DNA of 64,000 nt from Camelus dromedarius (taxonomy: Eukaryota). Made by a program: the position numbers and the translations under genes. The notes below the pieces were generated by a model that had not been told where the DNA came from, did not search any database, and was given only the letters and a program-made list of their open reading frames with translations. Positions 49,346-60,934 of this stretch are shown piece by piece. The DNA is taken from the NCBI RefSeq assembly GCF_036321535.1, contig NC_087461.1, forward strand, positions 4,712,001 through 4,776,000, given 5' to 3'. Position 1 is the stretch's first letter; each line of letters starts with the position of its first letter.

Positions 49346-49901
49346 AATAGAAAATTAGTCTCAGGTCCACAGGTGACATCAACTTCTTGTCACCATGCAT
49401 CCTCCTAAACCACACATAGTTGAACAAAATAATCTTTTACAGAACAGGTATCTTTCTAGATGGCATTAAGCAAGAATCTGTTCCTGTATTGTGTCCTCAG
49501 AGCCATGACTTCCTGCGGTGACTCTATCATAGTGGAAGGCATTTTGAGCGGTTCTGTACTCTGGCCTCACAGAAGGAGGGCAATCGCACAATTTGGGAAT
49601 GACGTGGAAAGAGACTGAGAATGGAACTCAACATACAAAAGGACAGGAAGTCACACATCATCACACGAAGAAACGCCATGACTTGGTGGCAGTAAACTGC
49701 AGCCAAAAATACTGCAAGACCTGGAACTTCGAAACTGACTGTAAACTCGTCTTGAATGATGCCCCAGACAGCCTGGCCTTGTTTATAGAAGTCTTTGTTT
49801 TCCGTGGACAGTACCAGGAACCTAATATTTTCCTAGTCGGGTTTATTTCTGTGTTCATTGTCCCTGCAACGCCAGGTTGTGTTGACAGCTTGACAGCTTG
49901 G

Positions 49902-49931
49902 CTAACCCTAACCCGAACCGTAACCCTAACC
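49902..49931. repeat. Degenerate telomere-like (CTAACC)5
   Basis: ctaacc ctaacc cgaacc gtaacc ctaacc. Confidence 0.85.
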
Positions 49932-50134
49932 ATTTCTTGAGCAAGAAAGATTCTTTATTGATGATATTTTTTATCCTTTTTCTCTGCCTATTAAGTTGAA
50001 TTCAATTCTATTTTTTTCTGGCCAAACTTGCCCAAGGCCACCCCCTCTAGGAGGTATCCGAGGACTGAACTTGGTCTGGGCAACTGGACTGGATTTTGTG
50101 GTGACTCAGGAATATCCTCTTAGGATGAGAGTTA

Positions 50135-50315
50135 CAGTGGTTTGGCTCGAGGCAGAATTTGTTGGTACCAATCCCAGCCCTTCTGTGAGCTCGCTGTGTG
50201 ACTTTGGGGTAAGTCATAACCTTTCTGTTTTTAGTTTCCTGAAAAGTGGAGATAAAGCCGCAGTGCTTTTCATCCATCTCCCTTGGAGGAGTTTTGTGAA
50301 GGTTAGTTAATTAAT
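50135..50315 (+). mobile_element. MIR SINE
   Basis: ccaatcccagcccttctg...gctgtgtgactttggggtaagtcataacctttctgtttttagtttcctg...ttgtgaaggttagttaa. Confidence 0.8.
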
Positions 50316-52376
50316 TGTCAAGACGTCTGCAAAGGGGATGTGTCAAGGGGATGTCAAATGACAGGTCACACCAGGCAAGAGAGAAAAAAGGAGTGATTGT
50401 GAAATAATTGCTAATTTTTCAACATCTTCAAGTTTCTAGGGCAGTTGTCAGGTAAAGTTCCCAAATTTGATTGCTCAAAAAAAACATCGAGACGTCAGAG
50501 GAGTTATTTCTAGCTCACCGCCTTCTATAGGATTCTGTGTAAGAGTCTGCTGGTTCAGTAATTGTCTTTGAACCCAGGGAAAGTAGAGCAATGTTTGGGG
50601 GGGCTTTTGCCTCTAAATGTGAGCTTCATTTGACCATAGCTTTAAGGATATATTTGATCAATATTCATGCAAAGGAAAAGATGAAGTGTCATTTTCTTTG
50701 GGAGTCTGACTGCCTCCAGCCAAGCTAGTGAGGGTTGGAAGAACTGAAGAAGTTGGGACAGTAAAGGGTACCACTTTCTGAGCACTTACTTTGCCTCAAG
50801 AACTTCACTGACAGTGTCTCATTTATCCAGAAAGCAACCCGATGAGGGGATGGTTTCTGGCCCCTGATCCTTCTCTCTGTGTATTTCCTTGGCAACAACG
50901 CTCACGACTTCAAGACAATCGCCGTGGGTCGTGACATGTGGTCATGGACTTGAGAGACCCGAGCTGGCTCTAGGGAGTCAAACCCGTGGACCATCCTGAC
51001 CACATTAGTGCCAGGTTTTGACCAACTGCAGCCACTGATAAGGAAGATGTAAAACACACAAACTGGCAATAAGTTCAACATAAATGACCCAAATGTCAGC
51101 TGGCCCTGATGGTTCCAGAATTCCATTCATAGAAGATAGCCTGGGTTGGGCCTGTGTATTTCAGTTGTGAGCGTATAAATGTTCCTCAACAGGGAGACCT
51201 ACTAGGGGCAGGGAGGAGGGTATAGAATTACCGGACTGCCAGAGCAGTTGCTTTTTTACTTGTAGACAGGTTTGGTGGAACCAGGAAGGAGGATAAGGAA
51301 AAAAGTATATATGTGGGGGTGTGTTTGTGTGTGTGTGTGTCTCATTTATTTTGTCCACCTTTGGACAAATTGGAGGAAAAGATGGACTAGAAACCTGTCT
51401 TCCTTCTAATGTGCAAAAAACCCCAAGGACCCCGCATGAATCATAGTGACTCAATGCTCAGCACCCCGAGAACTAGACTGGGGTGATATTTGCATCCTGC
51501 TGTTGGAGAGACCAAGCTTTCAGGAGTCCCTCTCCTGCCCACAGTGGATTAATGACTTAGCTAGAAATGGAAACCAACTTCTCTGACTCTTAATAACCCG
51601 GCTGCCATCTACTAAAAGTGAAAACACTGTTCTTTACCAAATGGGGGGTGGTGGGCAATCAAGGCAGTTTGTAGAAAGTGCAGTTTTGCTAACATTTTCC
51701 TAAACACCATACATCCTATAAAATCAGTGTGCAGACTATTCATGAATAGTTTTTAGACACAGGAGTTGGTGTATTTTTAGACACACATAAACGCAACAAA
51801 GAGTGATGTTTTCTTCCTTCCTTCCTTCCTTTGGCAAACTCTGAGCATCTCTTCAAGGTGTTGAAGAGTAGGCCTTGCTTCCAGAGTTGACAGTGTGGGT
51901 GGAATGCATCTAGAACTCAAAGCTCAAGCAAAAATAACAACAAAACACACACACACACACGCGCCATCTCTTCTCATGGCACACGTGTTGTGGAAAATGT
52001 ACGTGTGGGGGCCGTGAGCTGTGACTGCTCATGTGGGAGTTAGAAACGCCTGGATGGCGAGGTTCAAGGCCAGTGTAGGTACCTGAGCACAAAGCCACAT
52101 GTGTTCATCTATTTATAGCTCCCGGTGGTGAAAAAGTAAAACCAAAATGCAGCTTCTACCTGCTGTTCCCAACTGAAGCTGACAAGAAACGGATAAGACC
52201 TCCTTTTGGTTGCCTTTGTAGTTTCAACTGACACACACAAAAGCGATGACTTGGGTTGTCCCCGTTTCTTGAATCCCCCTTGAACAGGTGAAGAAAGCAG
52301 CCAGCCGGCCTTCTCCCCCTGCCTGGTCCAGAAAGACATCTCTATCTAGCCATGCGAGATGCAGAGACAAAGAGAA

Positions 52377-52666
52377 CTGATTGGCCTCTCTTCTTACATT
52401 CAAGAGCTTTCTCTTTCAGATTCATCCCAATTAATATCAAAGCACTATTTAAAAACATTTATCTTTCAGAAGATTCCCCCCCCCCCAGGCTTGTGTACAA
52501 GACTCTCCCTCCCTCCCTCCCTCCCTCTCTCGCTCTCTCTATCACACACACACACACACACTCTCTCCGAATTGCAATTCTTCACCAAAGAACCACAAAC
52601 AAAACAAAACCAGTAGAAGGGCAGAGTCGTGCCTTATAAAAAAGATCGAATTGCAGCAAAGGATGT
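52377..52666 (+). promoter_or_regulatory. Pol II promoter with TATA box
   Basis: TATAAAA starting at 52635, 32 nt before a pyrimidine-A candidate start (52667); inverted CCAAT at 52377-52385; TATTTAAA at 52446; AACCACA (RUNX-type) at 52591; GAATTGCAATTC palindrome at 52569-52580; (CCCT)n and (CA)n tracts. Confidence 0.6.
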
Positions 52667-52716
52667 AGTCAGCCCTTTGCTGAGTTCACCAGGGGTCCTA
52701 GCCTTTCGGAATCCAG
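52667..52716 (+). other. Candidate short non-coding first exon
   Basis: AGTCAGCCCTTTGCTGAGTTCACCAGGGGTCCTAGCCTTTCGGAATCCAG|gtaact; no ATG in the exon. Confidence 0.5.
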
Positions 52717-52889
52717 GTAACTGGATTTTAATGCCCTTATTAGCATTAAAAGTTCAGAAGCTGTCTTTTCTTAAGGAGGTCTGCAAGGAGAGCGTATGGT
52801 GCACTGTTAGAAGCTGTTGACCAGAGTTTATGGTGATCTCTTTATGAAAAGGAAAACCTCTCTAGAGTAAGGCCACTTGGTGGTGGAGG

Positions 52890-53450
52890 TGGAGGTGGGG
52901 TCGGGGCGGCATCGCCCCTGTAACCGCGTGGTCCCCGCGGGGGGCTGGCAGCGCCCCAGCGCGCGCAGGGTAAGCAGGAAGCNNNNNNNNNNNNNNNNNN
53001 NNNNNNNNNNNNNNNNNNNNNNNNNNNNNNNNNNNNNNNNNNNNNNNNNNNNNNNNNNNNNNNNNNNNNNNNNNNNNNNNNNNNNNNNNNNNNNNNNNNN
53101 NNNNNNNNNNNNNNNNNNNNNNNNNNNNNNCGCCCGCTGCAGCCCCCTTGGAGTTTGCTGGAAGCCGCAGGCTCCGGGCGCCGCTGCAGCTCCTGCCCCG
53201 TCCTTCCGCGGCCCCGCGCTCTGCGGCCCCGGAGGGGAGTGGGCGCCGCACCCGGGGCGGGGCGTGCAGAAGCAGCGCAGGCCTGGCCCCGGAGTCCTGC
53301 GCCCCTTCCCCGATGGGCAGTGGGGACCCCTCCCCGGCCCCCACCCCTGCGATCGCCTCCATCAGGCCCGGGAGCGTCCCGGGGGAAAGGAACCGCTCTG
53401 GCAGTTTCCATAAGAGAGCGTCTGTTTCCACCTTGGCACCGTGCGGGTGG
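52890..53450. promoter_or_regulatory. CpG island with + strand donor (second candidate first exon)
   Basis: Very GC/CpG-rich; gcgcgcAGG|gtaagc donor at 52969/52970; GGGGCGGGGC box near 53254; interrupted by N gap. Confidence 0.85.
52983..53130. other. Assembly gap (148 N) inside CpG island
   Basis: N run. Confidence 1.
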
Positions 53451-55402
53451 AGGGGTGGGGGGAACTTTAACCTCCCTCCCTGTTTTGTTTTGTTTTTTTT
53501 TTTAATAGGAAAGGAGACAGCAAAGCTCGAGGGTGTATGGATTAGAAATTTATGCATAGAGATTTCTAACAATAGTTAAAATGCCTTGCTCTTTGAACCT
53601 TGAGAGGGGCTTAGCTATCCTTTTGTCCAAACTCCTTCAGTTGATGAAAAATAGTCGCTAAGACTCAGGGTGGCCACACCAGCCAGGAAAGGACAGAGCT
53701 GAGCTCACTAGGATGCTGTGGGCATCTTCCCTCCTTCCGGTGGTCAGTGTTCCCTGGTCACTCACTGTACTCTCAGCCAATGGTCCCAGCCTTGTTTACC
53801 CAGCTCAGAAAACCAGGCATTTGTCCCTGGCCTCATCCAGCTTATTACCCACCAGATCCTACTTCTTGAAGTTGCCTCCAAAACTCTTCATGTCAGGTGA
53901 CACCACCACATGTACCTCGAGAAGAAGAATCTGTCTGGAAGATCATCACTTCTTAATTAGGAATCTGTCCTGCGTTTCTTCCACACAACAGCTAAACCAG
54001 CTCTCAGTTGCATCGTTAATGTTTACAGAGCAGTTTCTTAGACCTTCCTTGAGCCTCAGCACTGTCCTTTGAAGTCAGTGCTGTTATCCCTGCTTGTGAC
54101 ATCCAGCGAAGCCATCCCCAGGCTGGAAGCATATCTCCTGGTGGTACCAGGGGGTCAGGTAATTCCAAGGGAGATAACCTGGCCCTTCCTGGATGAAGGC
54201 AAGTGTTCCTGACCAGGACGGAGGCTGGCAGACATATGCCTGGTAAGGCTTGCCAGCCCCGTGCTGGCTAATGACATAATTCCCAGCACTTTTTCTTATT
54301 CCCATTCAAATAATTTTTAAGAATGCCCCCCACTGGACATGCTGGAAGATTCCTCATTGTGCGGTAGTAACCCAGACTGTGAAACGTTAACAAAATAGAG
54401 CATTCTCAGGTAATGTTCGACTCTATTCCTTTGGTCTTCTTTCTGATACAGAACTGGAGAGTTTTAGAAAACAGAGCAAATGCGAGCTTGTTCGTGATTT
54501 CCAGCGTTAAACAACTGTATAGGAAGAATGTGGTAGGAAAATGATGGGGTGGATTCTCTTGTGAAGACCCTCTCCTGCCAAAGTTTAGGGAGCCATCGCT
54601 TCCTGGGAACATATTTATTCACGTCTATACAGATGAATTGTGAAGAACTTTTCCTCCGTTCCTTTCTTTTTTCCCCCCTCCTTCCTTCTGATTATTTCCT
54701 TCCACACCCCAAACCCCCAGGACCATTTCAGAAAAAAAAGTTAAAATGCTTGGTAGTATTGACTATTGTCCCCATTCCAAAATAAAAGGAGCTTTATTGA
54801 GTCTCATGGAGAAAAAATACAGACTTCTGACTATTTTATTGATGAAGATCACATTCGTGAGCTATCTGAACATCTTTTTAGCCACTGAACTGTTCATACC
54901 TGGCCGTGTATGAGAAATGCCCATGTGAAGTCACCAACCTCTCATCTGGAGAGGGAATCTGGGAGCACGTGGACCACTCCTCGCAGGTGTCAGTGCCCCA
55001 GGGACGTCACGCAGCCTCCAGACTGAACTTGAGGGGCGCATGGGGAGAATCTAACTTTGGTCTCACTGGCTGTGTCTGCATTCTCTGATTTCTACTGAGT
55101 GCCACCAGGGCTGACCTTCAGTGAGCGCGCACGTGGAGGAGGAGTTCCACCCGTGACCTCACGGCAGGGAGGCACACCTCTCAGAGAACCCTCGGGGGCA
55201 CTTCAGAGCATCAAGAGCTGTGGCCTTTGACATAAAATAAACAGGACTAAGCAAAGCCCTCCTTGAGTCGGGGTGACTTTGGGTTTATTTCTGGGTTCTT
55301 CAAACTCACCTGAGCCACGTTCTCAAGCACGAAAGCCCCACAAGTACCTTGAAGCAGGTTTCATCGTTTTATTTCCTGCACTTACCGCCAGTGCAAGTGA
55401 TT

Positions 55403-55720
55403 AATTTTTTTTTTTTGGTGGTGAAAGAACACATAACATGAAATCCACACTCTTAATAACACTGTAAGTGTACAGTATTATTCATTTTAAGCACCATGCT
55501 GTACAGCAGGTCTCTGGCACATTTTTATCTCGAATAACTTAGATTTGGTACCCAATGAATCCCATTTCCCCATGTCCCCTCCCCCAGGCCCTGGCAACCA
55601 CCCTTCTCCTCTCTGCTTTGGAGGGTTTGATTACTTTAGATTGCTCGTGGAGAACGCTATGGAGATTCCTCAAGAAATTAAAAATAGAACTACCATCTGG
55701 CCCAGCAACCCCACTTCTGG
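55403..55720 (-). mobile_element. 5'-inverted (twin-primed) L1
   Basis: Antisense L1 3' end at about 55403-55642 joined to a sense ORF2 segment (WRFLKKLKIELP..PATPLLG) at about 55643-55720; TSD gtgcaagtgatt / gtacaagtaatt. Confidence 0.8.
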
Positions 55721-56149
55721 GTACAAGTAATTTCACATCTTGATTGTTATTCTGAAAAAAAGTGTGTTCACGTTCAGTGGATTTAGAATGACCCTTGGGC
55801 AGAGCTGGTGGGTCCATTTGCAGGGAGGTCCATAGTTTCAGGGCTCAGACTAGAAGTCAAACTCCTTTTACATCATTTTATGAGGGCTTTCTCTTAATGG
55901 AAAGGGAAAGTACTATTTCATCATGAACACATGAAAACTCCCCAAATTAGAGAGCAGAGAATGAAGAGACAATGATCGTGGCATGGGCGCTCAGGAAGGA
56001 AAAATGAACCAAACCGGAAATCAAACTTTCTAACTTCGTAATGCCTTCAGTGCCGTTCAGCAGGGGTTTCAGTAGGACTTCTATGGGTGTGTAAGGGATG
56101 TCACCTGAGATTATATCGATATCTGTGAAAAATCATTCACAATGGATTC

Positions 56150-57193
56150 TTTTTTTTTTTAACACTTTTTATTGATTTATAATCATTTTACAATGTTGTG
56201 TCAAATTCCAGTGTAGAGCACAATTTTTCAGTTATACATGAACATATATATATTCATTGTCATATTTTTTCTCTGTGAGCTACCATAAGATCTTGTGTAT
56301 ATTTCCCTGTTCTATACAGTATAATCTTGTTTATCTATTCTACATTTTGAAATCCCAGTCTATCTCTTCCCACCCCCACCCCCTTAGCAACCACAAGTTT
56401 GTATTCTATGTCTATGAGTCTATTTCTGTTTTGTATTTATGCTTTGGTTTTTTGTTTTTGTTTTTGTTTTTGTTATTGTTTTTGTTTTAGATTCCACATA
56501 TGAGCGATCTCATATGGTATTTTTCTTTCTCTTTCTGGCTTACTTCACTTAGAATGACGTTCTCCAGGAACATCCATGTTGTTGCAAATGGNNNNNNNNN
56601 NNNNNNNNNNNNNNNNNNNNNNNNNNNNNNNNNNNNNNNNNNNNNNNNNNNNNNNNNNNNNNNNNNNNNNNNNNNNNNNNNNNNNNNNNNNNNNNNNNNN
56701 NNNNNNNNNNNNNNNNNNNNNNNNNNNNNNNNNNNNNNNNNNNNNTCCTGAAGTAGGGTTCCTTCTGGGTATAAACCCAGGAGCGGGATTCCTGGGTTAT
56801 ATGTAAGTCTATTCCTAGTCTTTTGAGGAATCTCCATACTGTTTTCCACAGTGGCTGCACCAAACTGCATTCCCACCAGCAGTGCAGGAGGGTTCCCCTT
56901 TCTCCACAGCCTCTCCAGCATTTGTCATTTGTGGATTTTTGAATTANNNNNNNNNNNNNNNNNNNNNNNNNNNNNNNNNNNNNNNNNNNNNNNNNNNNNN
57001 NNNNNNNNNNNNNNNNNNNNNNNNNNNNNNNNNNNNNNNNNNNNNNNNNNNNNNNNNNNNNNNNNNNNNNNNNNNNNNNNNNNNCTTCTGCCCATTTTTG
57101 GATTGGGCTGTTTGGTTGTTTCTTATTAAGTCATATGAGCTGCTTATATATTCTGGAGATGAAGCCTTTGTAGGTTTCATCTGCAAAATTTTT
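56150..57193 (-). mobile_element. Relatively young 5'-truncated L1 with two assembly gaps
   Basis: Poly-T tail, 3' UTR and ORF2 C-terminus ([16 protein letters not shown]); N at 56592-56745 and 56947-57084; TSD ttcacaatggattc (56136-56149) / ttcacaatgcgttc (57194-57207). Confidence 0.95.
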
Positions 57194-57664
57194 TTCACAA
57201 TGCGTTCGTTTTTAAGGGTGAATGGCTCTCAACTTGATCATCCCACGAAAGAGTGGTGTGTTCCTCTCCTGGCTTAAAAAACTTATTTAAAAAGAAAAAC
57301 ACTGCCCTCTCCTCTTCCTTTGAAGAGACAAATGTATGAGTTCCATTTGTGAGAGTAAACAGAGGTATTTTGTTTTCCCCTCTCAGACCACTTTCCACCG
57401 ATTAAAAATGGAATATGTGCCTTAACCTAAACACCTGCGTTGCCACAATCACATCAACATTCATCATTTCTACGTCCCTGCCTCTGATGGGTATTGTGTC
57501 AGGAAGAGACACTTAACTTTTACTGGTGTTTTCCACTTGTAAGTTTTCTCTTTAATTTCCTTAGAGTCATTTTCAGAGTCATAAATTACTATTGGACCCT
57601 TTCCTGTTCACCTGCCACCCTCTGTTTGGAACATACGTCTTCTCGAGAGCACACGACAGTTTCT

Positions 57665-57765
57665 GGTCTGGGTTCTATTCCACGTCTGCTGCTAACTAGC
57701 TGTGTGGCTTTGGACAACTTACTCCATTTTCCTGGGTCTCTGCTTTCTCATCTCTGAACTATGGG
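57665..57765 (+). mobile_element. MIR SINE
   Basis: ctgggttctattccacgtctgctgctaactagctgtgtggctttggacaac...tttctcatctctgaa. Confidence 0.8.
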
Positions 57766-57845
57766 TGTTGGGCTAGAAAGTCGAGGTCGAAGTCCCTTTG
57801 AAGTCTGAGAATTGCTATGATGCTGTGGGGCTGGGTGTTCATCAG

Positions 57846-57921
57846 AGCTGCTTGGTGAGATGAACCTGGTACCAAGAACACAGCATCATGAGATCTTGAT
57901 TCCAACAACTGGAACCCATGG
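57846..57921 (+). other. Candidate exon ending ATGG|GTAAGT
   Basis: Strong donor TGG|gtaagt; acceptor (gggtgttcatcag) weak, so the 5' boundary is uncertain. Confidence 0.25.
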
Positions 57922-58779
57922 GTAAGTTTTCTAGAGAAAAACGTAGGGAAAGGGCACGATGGATGGATTTCTGCAGAGAATAGTTCGATCGATCAACTCT
58001 TCATGTTTTAGATCGTATTTTTAACACCATCACTTAGGGCAAATCGTCTCCATTTTATGTTTTCTTTTCACTTTAGGAAAGCAGCAATTGTGTTCCGCTC
58101 TGGAGGTGTCTAAACATCAAAATATGTTGATGGGGAAATCCCTCAGACAGTGTTAGAGAGCATCTGAGATTCCTTTGCTTAATTAAGAAGGTGTTCGCAA
58201 ACATGTTGCATTATCAGTATCCGCCCGGAGACCCTCCTCCATCATTTCTGAGCCTGACAGAGGCCATCATCACTCTTGGGTGGTAAAAATGGGAGTTCAA
58301 AGTGATAATGATTTTTGATCTTTATCAACATGGTCTCATCTGTTTTTCTTAAAACCTCAGAGAAGGGCTCTAGTTCACCTTTATTTGGAGAGGAGGGAAG
58401 GAGGCAGAGGCGGGAGTGGGAAGATGATCATTCATCGTCCTTGTGAAGTTTTGGCTTATTAAAATATCACACAGTGAATTCTGTGTTACTCTGTGAAAGT
58501 GAATGGAAAGTTTTGCCTGTTGGAGGGAGTCAGGTTAGCATTCGGGAAATGACTGGACAGAATTCGCTTCATGTACAAGACTGTTGAAAACTAGATACTG
58601 TCAAGGGATACAGTGAAGTTTGATTAATTCTTTAGTCTTAAGCAGAACCTGCCTGCTAGCACGCCATTAAGGTGAAAGCTAAGATAGCTTCTGGGTGCTG
58701 CTGGTTTGATGCTTTTTTGGGATTGCAGGTGCGATTAAGTCCACACACAGTTTTACTTTGTTTTGAAACAAGCATGGTG

Positions 58780-58915
58780 GGGAAAGTGTGGGCTCTGGCT
58801 CTGAGTTGAGGCAAATAATTACCGAACCTCATCTCCTGTCTTCTCTTTGTAAGATGGATAGAATATTTACTGTATAAGGTCATTGTGAGAATTAAAATCA
58901 TTAATGTTTGTAACA
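58780..58915 (+). mobile_element. MIR SINE
   Basis: gaggcaaataattaccgaacctc...tttgtaagatggatag...gtcattgtgagaattaaa. Confidence 0.7.
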
Positions 58916-59129
58916 GCTCAAAGTGTATTATTCTACCTTAATAGGGCATGAGTAAAAATATGTGGACGAGAAATCTAGCAATTTGATGTTCTGATTTTGT
59001 CTTTGCTGATCAGTTTGTTTGAGATCTTGTTCTCCAGTGTTGCCATAGAAAGGAAAATAATGGATCAGACTGATAACGCTACAAATTAACGTCACGAACC
59101 TCCACGGGGCTCTCAGAGCTCTACCATCG

Positions 59130-60440
59130 CAGTGTGTTTCCTGGGTCAGTGTGTTCCCCTGCTCTTCAGAATGACTATTTCAGATGTTCTCCACTCTCAG
59201 ACCCTCTGATCATCCTTCCTCCCCTGGCCCCATCTCATGCTGCCCTTTTTGTTCCAACAAATGACCTTGACTTTTATATCACAGACAAAATGGAAGCTAC
59301 CAGACGGCAGCTCCTCTGTCTTCCTGGTGTCCGAACGCGAGAATGTCCTCTGCCTACACCTATTCTTTCTTCCTTCCTTCCCTCTAGTCCAATAGCTTGT
59401 CTTCCAGCTCACACAAATCTCCCCATCCTTGCTCTGCATCCAGTCCCCTTCCATCCTCTTGGGAAACTTACATTATTGACGGTCCCTTCTTTTCTGTGTA
59501 TATCCAGTGCCTCGCTCTGTAACAGGATCTTTCTGTCAGCACTGAATTGTATTCACATCTCTCCAGGTTCAAAATCTTCCCTGTTAAACTCCCTCCATCA
59601 CATTCTTTTTCACCTGTTTCTTTGAGGTGTCCTTTATACTTGGTCACCACCTACTCACCCCTCAAACAAACCTCATGGCTTCAATGAGCCGGCTTTCCTT
59701 GAAGTTGCCAGTGATACCTTTATCACTAAAGCCAGTGGCCACTTTTCTGGCATCTTCACCTGAATATCTCAAAGGCACTTCTAACTCAACATGTTCAAAA
59801 CTGAACCCCAGATCTTCTCCCCCAAGCCTGGTTCTCTTTTGCCTAAACCGGCTTCTCTCCCAAACGTCCTTGTTCTTAGTGTAGTCAGTTTCCCTTACTG
59901 CTCCCTTCCTTGTGCTTTCATACAGAGTGCATCATCATGAACTTTTGGCTTAACCTTCCACAGATCTCTTGCTTCCATCCACTTTTTTCCATCTCTACAG
60001 CCTCCCTATTATCTCATCATCTCTAGCAGAGATTCTGACAACGTCCCCCCAAACTGGTCCCTATGCAGTATCCTCGCTGTTCTCAGCAGTGGAGCCAAAC
60101 TGATCGTTCTGAAATACGTGCTTCAACATGACACCCTCTTGCTTGAAACACAGAAGCTCTTCGTTGCTCTTAGGCTAAAGGAGCACACTGTTACCTTTGC
60201 CTCAGATGCCCTTTTCCCTTCCTGCCTCTGTAAGTTGATTCTTTCTAGATATCATTTCAAATATGACTTTGCTGAGCCTTTTGGGACTCCCCAAACTAAA
60301 GATGGTTATCCTTGCCTTTATTACTGCGGTGGTTTCACATTTACATGACGATTGGATTTATTTAGACAGACCTAATGCCCTGAGAGCGGTGTGGGTTGTG
60401 TCTTGCTGGCTCATCACTGAGGAAAGAATACTGAATGTAT
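59130..60440 (+). mobile_element. Long L2 LINE fragment
   Basis: Pyrimidine-rich L2 ORF2/3' region: catcttcacctgaatatctcaaaggcacttctaactcaacatgttcaaaactgaac...ends gaatactgaatgtatgaat. Confidence 0.85.
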
Positions 60441-60934
60441 GAATAATACAGATCATGGAAACTGTACATGTTTTAAGGACAAAGACAGAAGAGAAGAGAA
60501 ACATCTACTTAGGACTGTCATTAAAATTGAGAGGTCCCCCTCCTGTAGCAGAGACAATGAGCTGTCCACCACACACTCATGCTTCCCCCGGCTCATCTGG
60601 AGTGATCGCCAGAGGGGATGTTGCTTGGCTCCACGTTGCATCTCTCAGCCCCTTCATATTCGGCCGTGCCTGCACGATTGGTTCTTGCAGTGAGGTCTGA
60701 GTGGAAGTTACACGTTTAATCACCAGGTCAAGGATGTTAGGAACAGCTGGGTCTTTTTTCCTCCTCGCCAACAAATGAAAAGCGAGGGCTCTGGCATTGT
60801 GGGGAATGGTGGGGCTGCAGAACAAGCACAACATAAACCTCCAAATTCCACAAGGAGGAGGGAAGATGCCTCTAACCAGTGCCACCCGTATACCCTATTA
60901 CAGGAGTAAGAATTGGTCAGTTATTGCGGTGGTG

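Noticed and set aside
52377-53450. Assigning a gene symbol to the promoter (multi-promoter genes such as CREB5 were considered)
   Set aside because: No coding exon or UTR sequence I actually recognise; any name would be a guess.
52842-53579. Long ORFs across the CpG island
   Set aside because: Stop-poor GC-rich DNA, and the frames are bridged by Ns.
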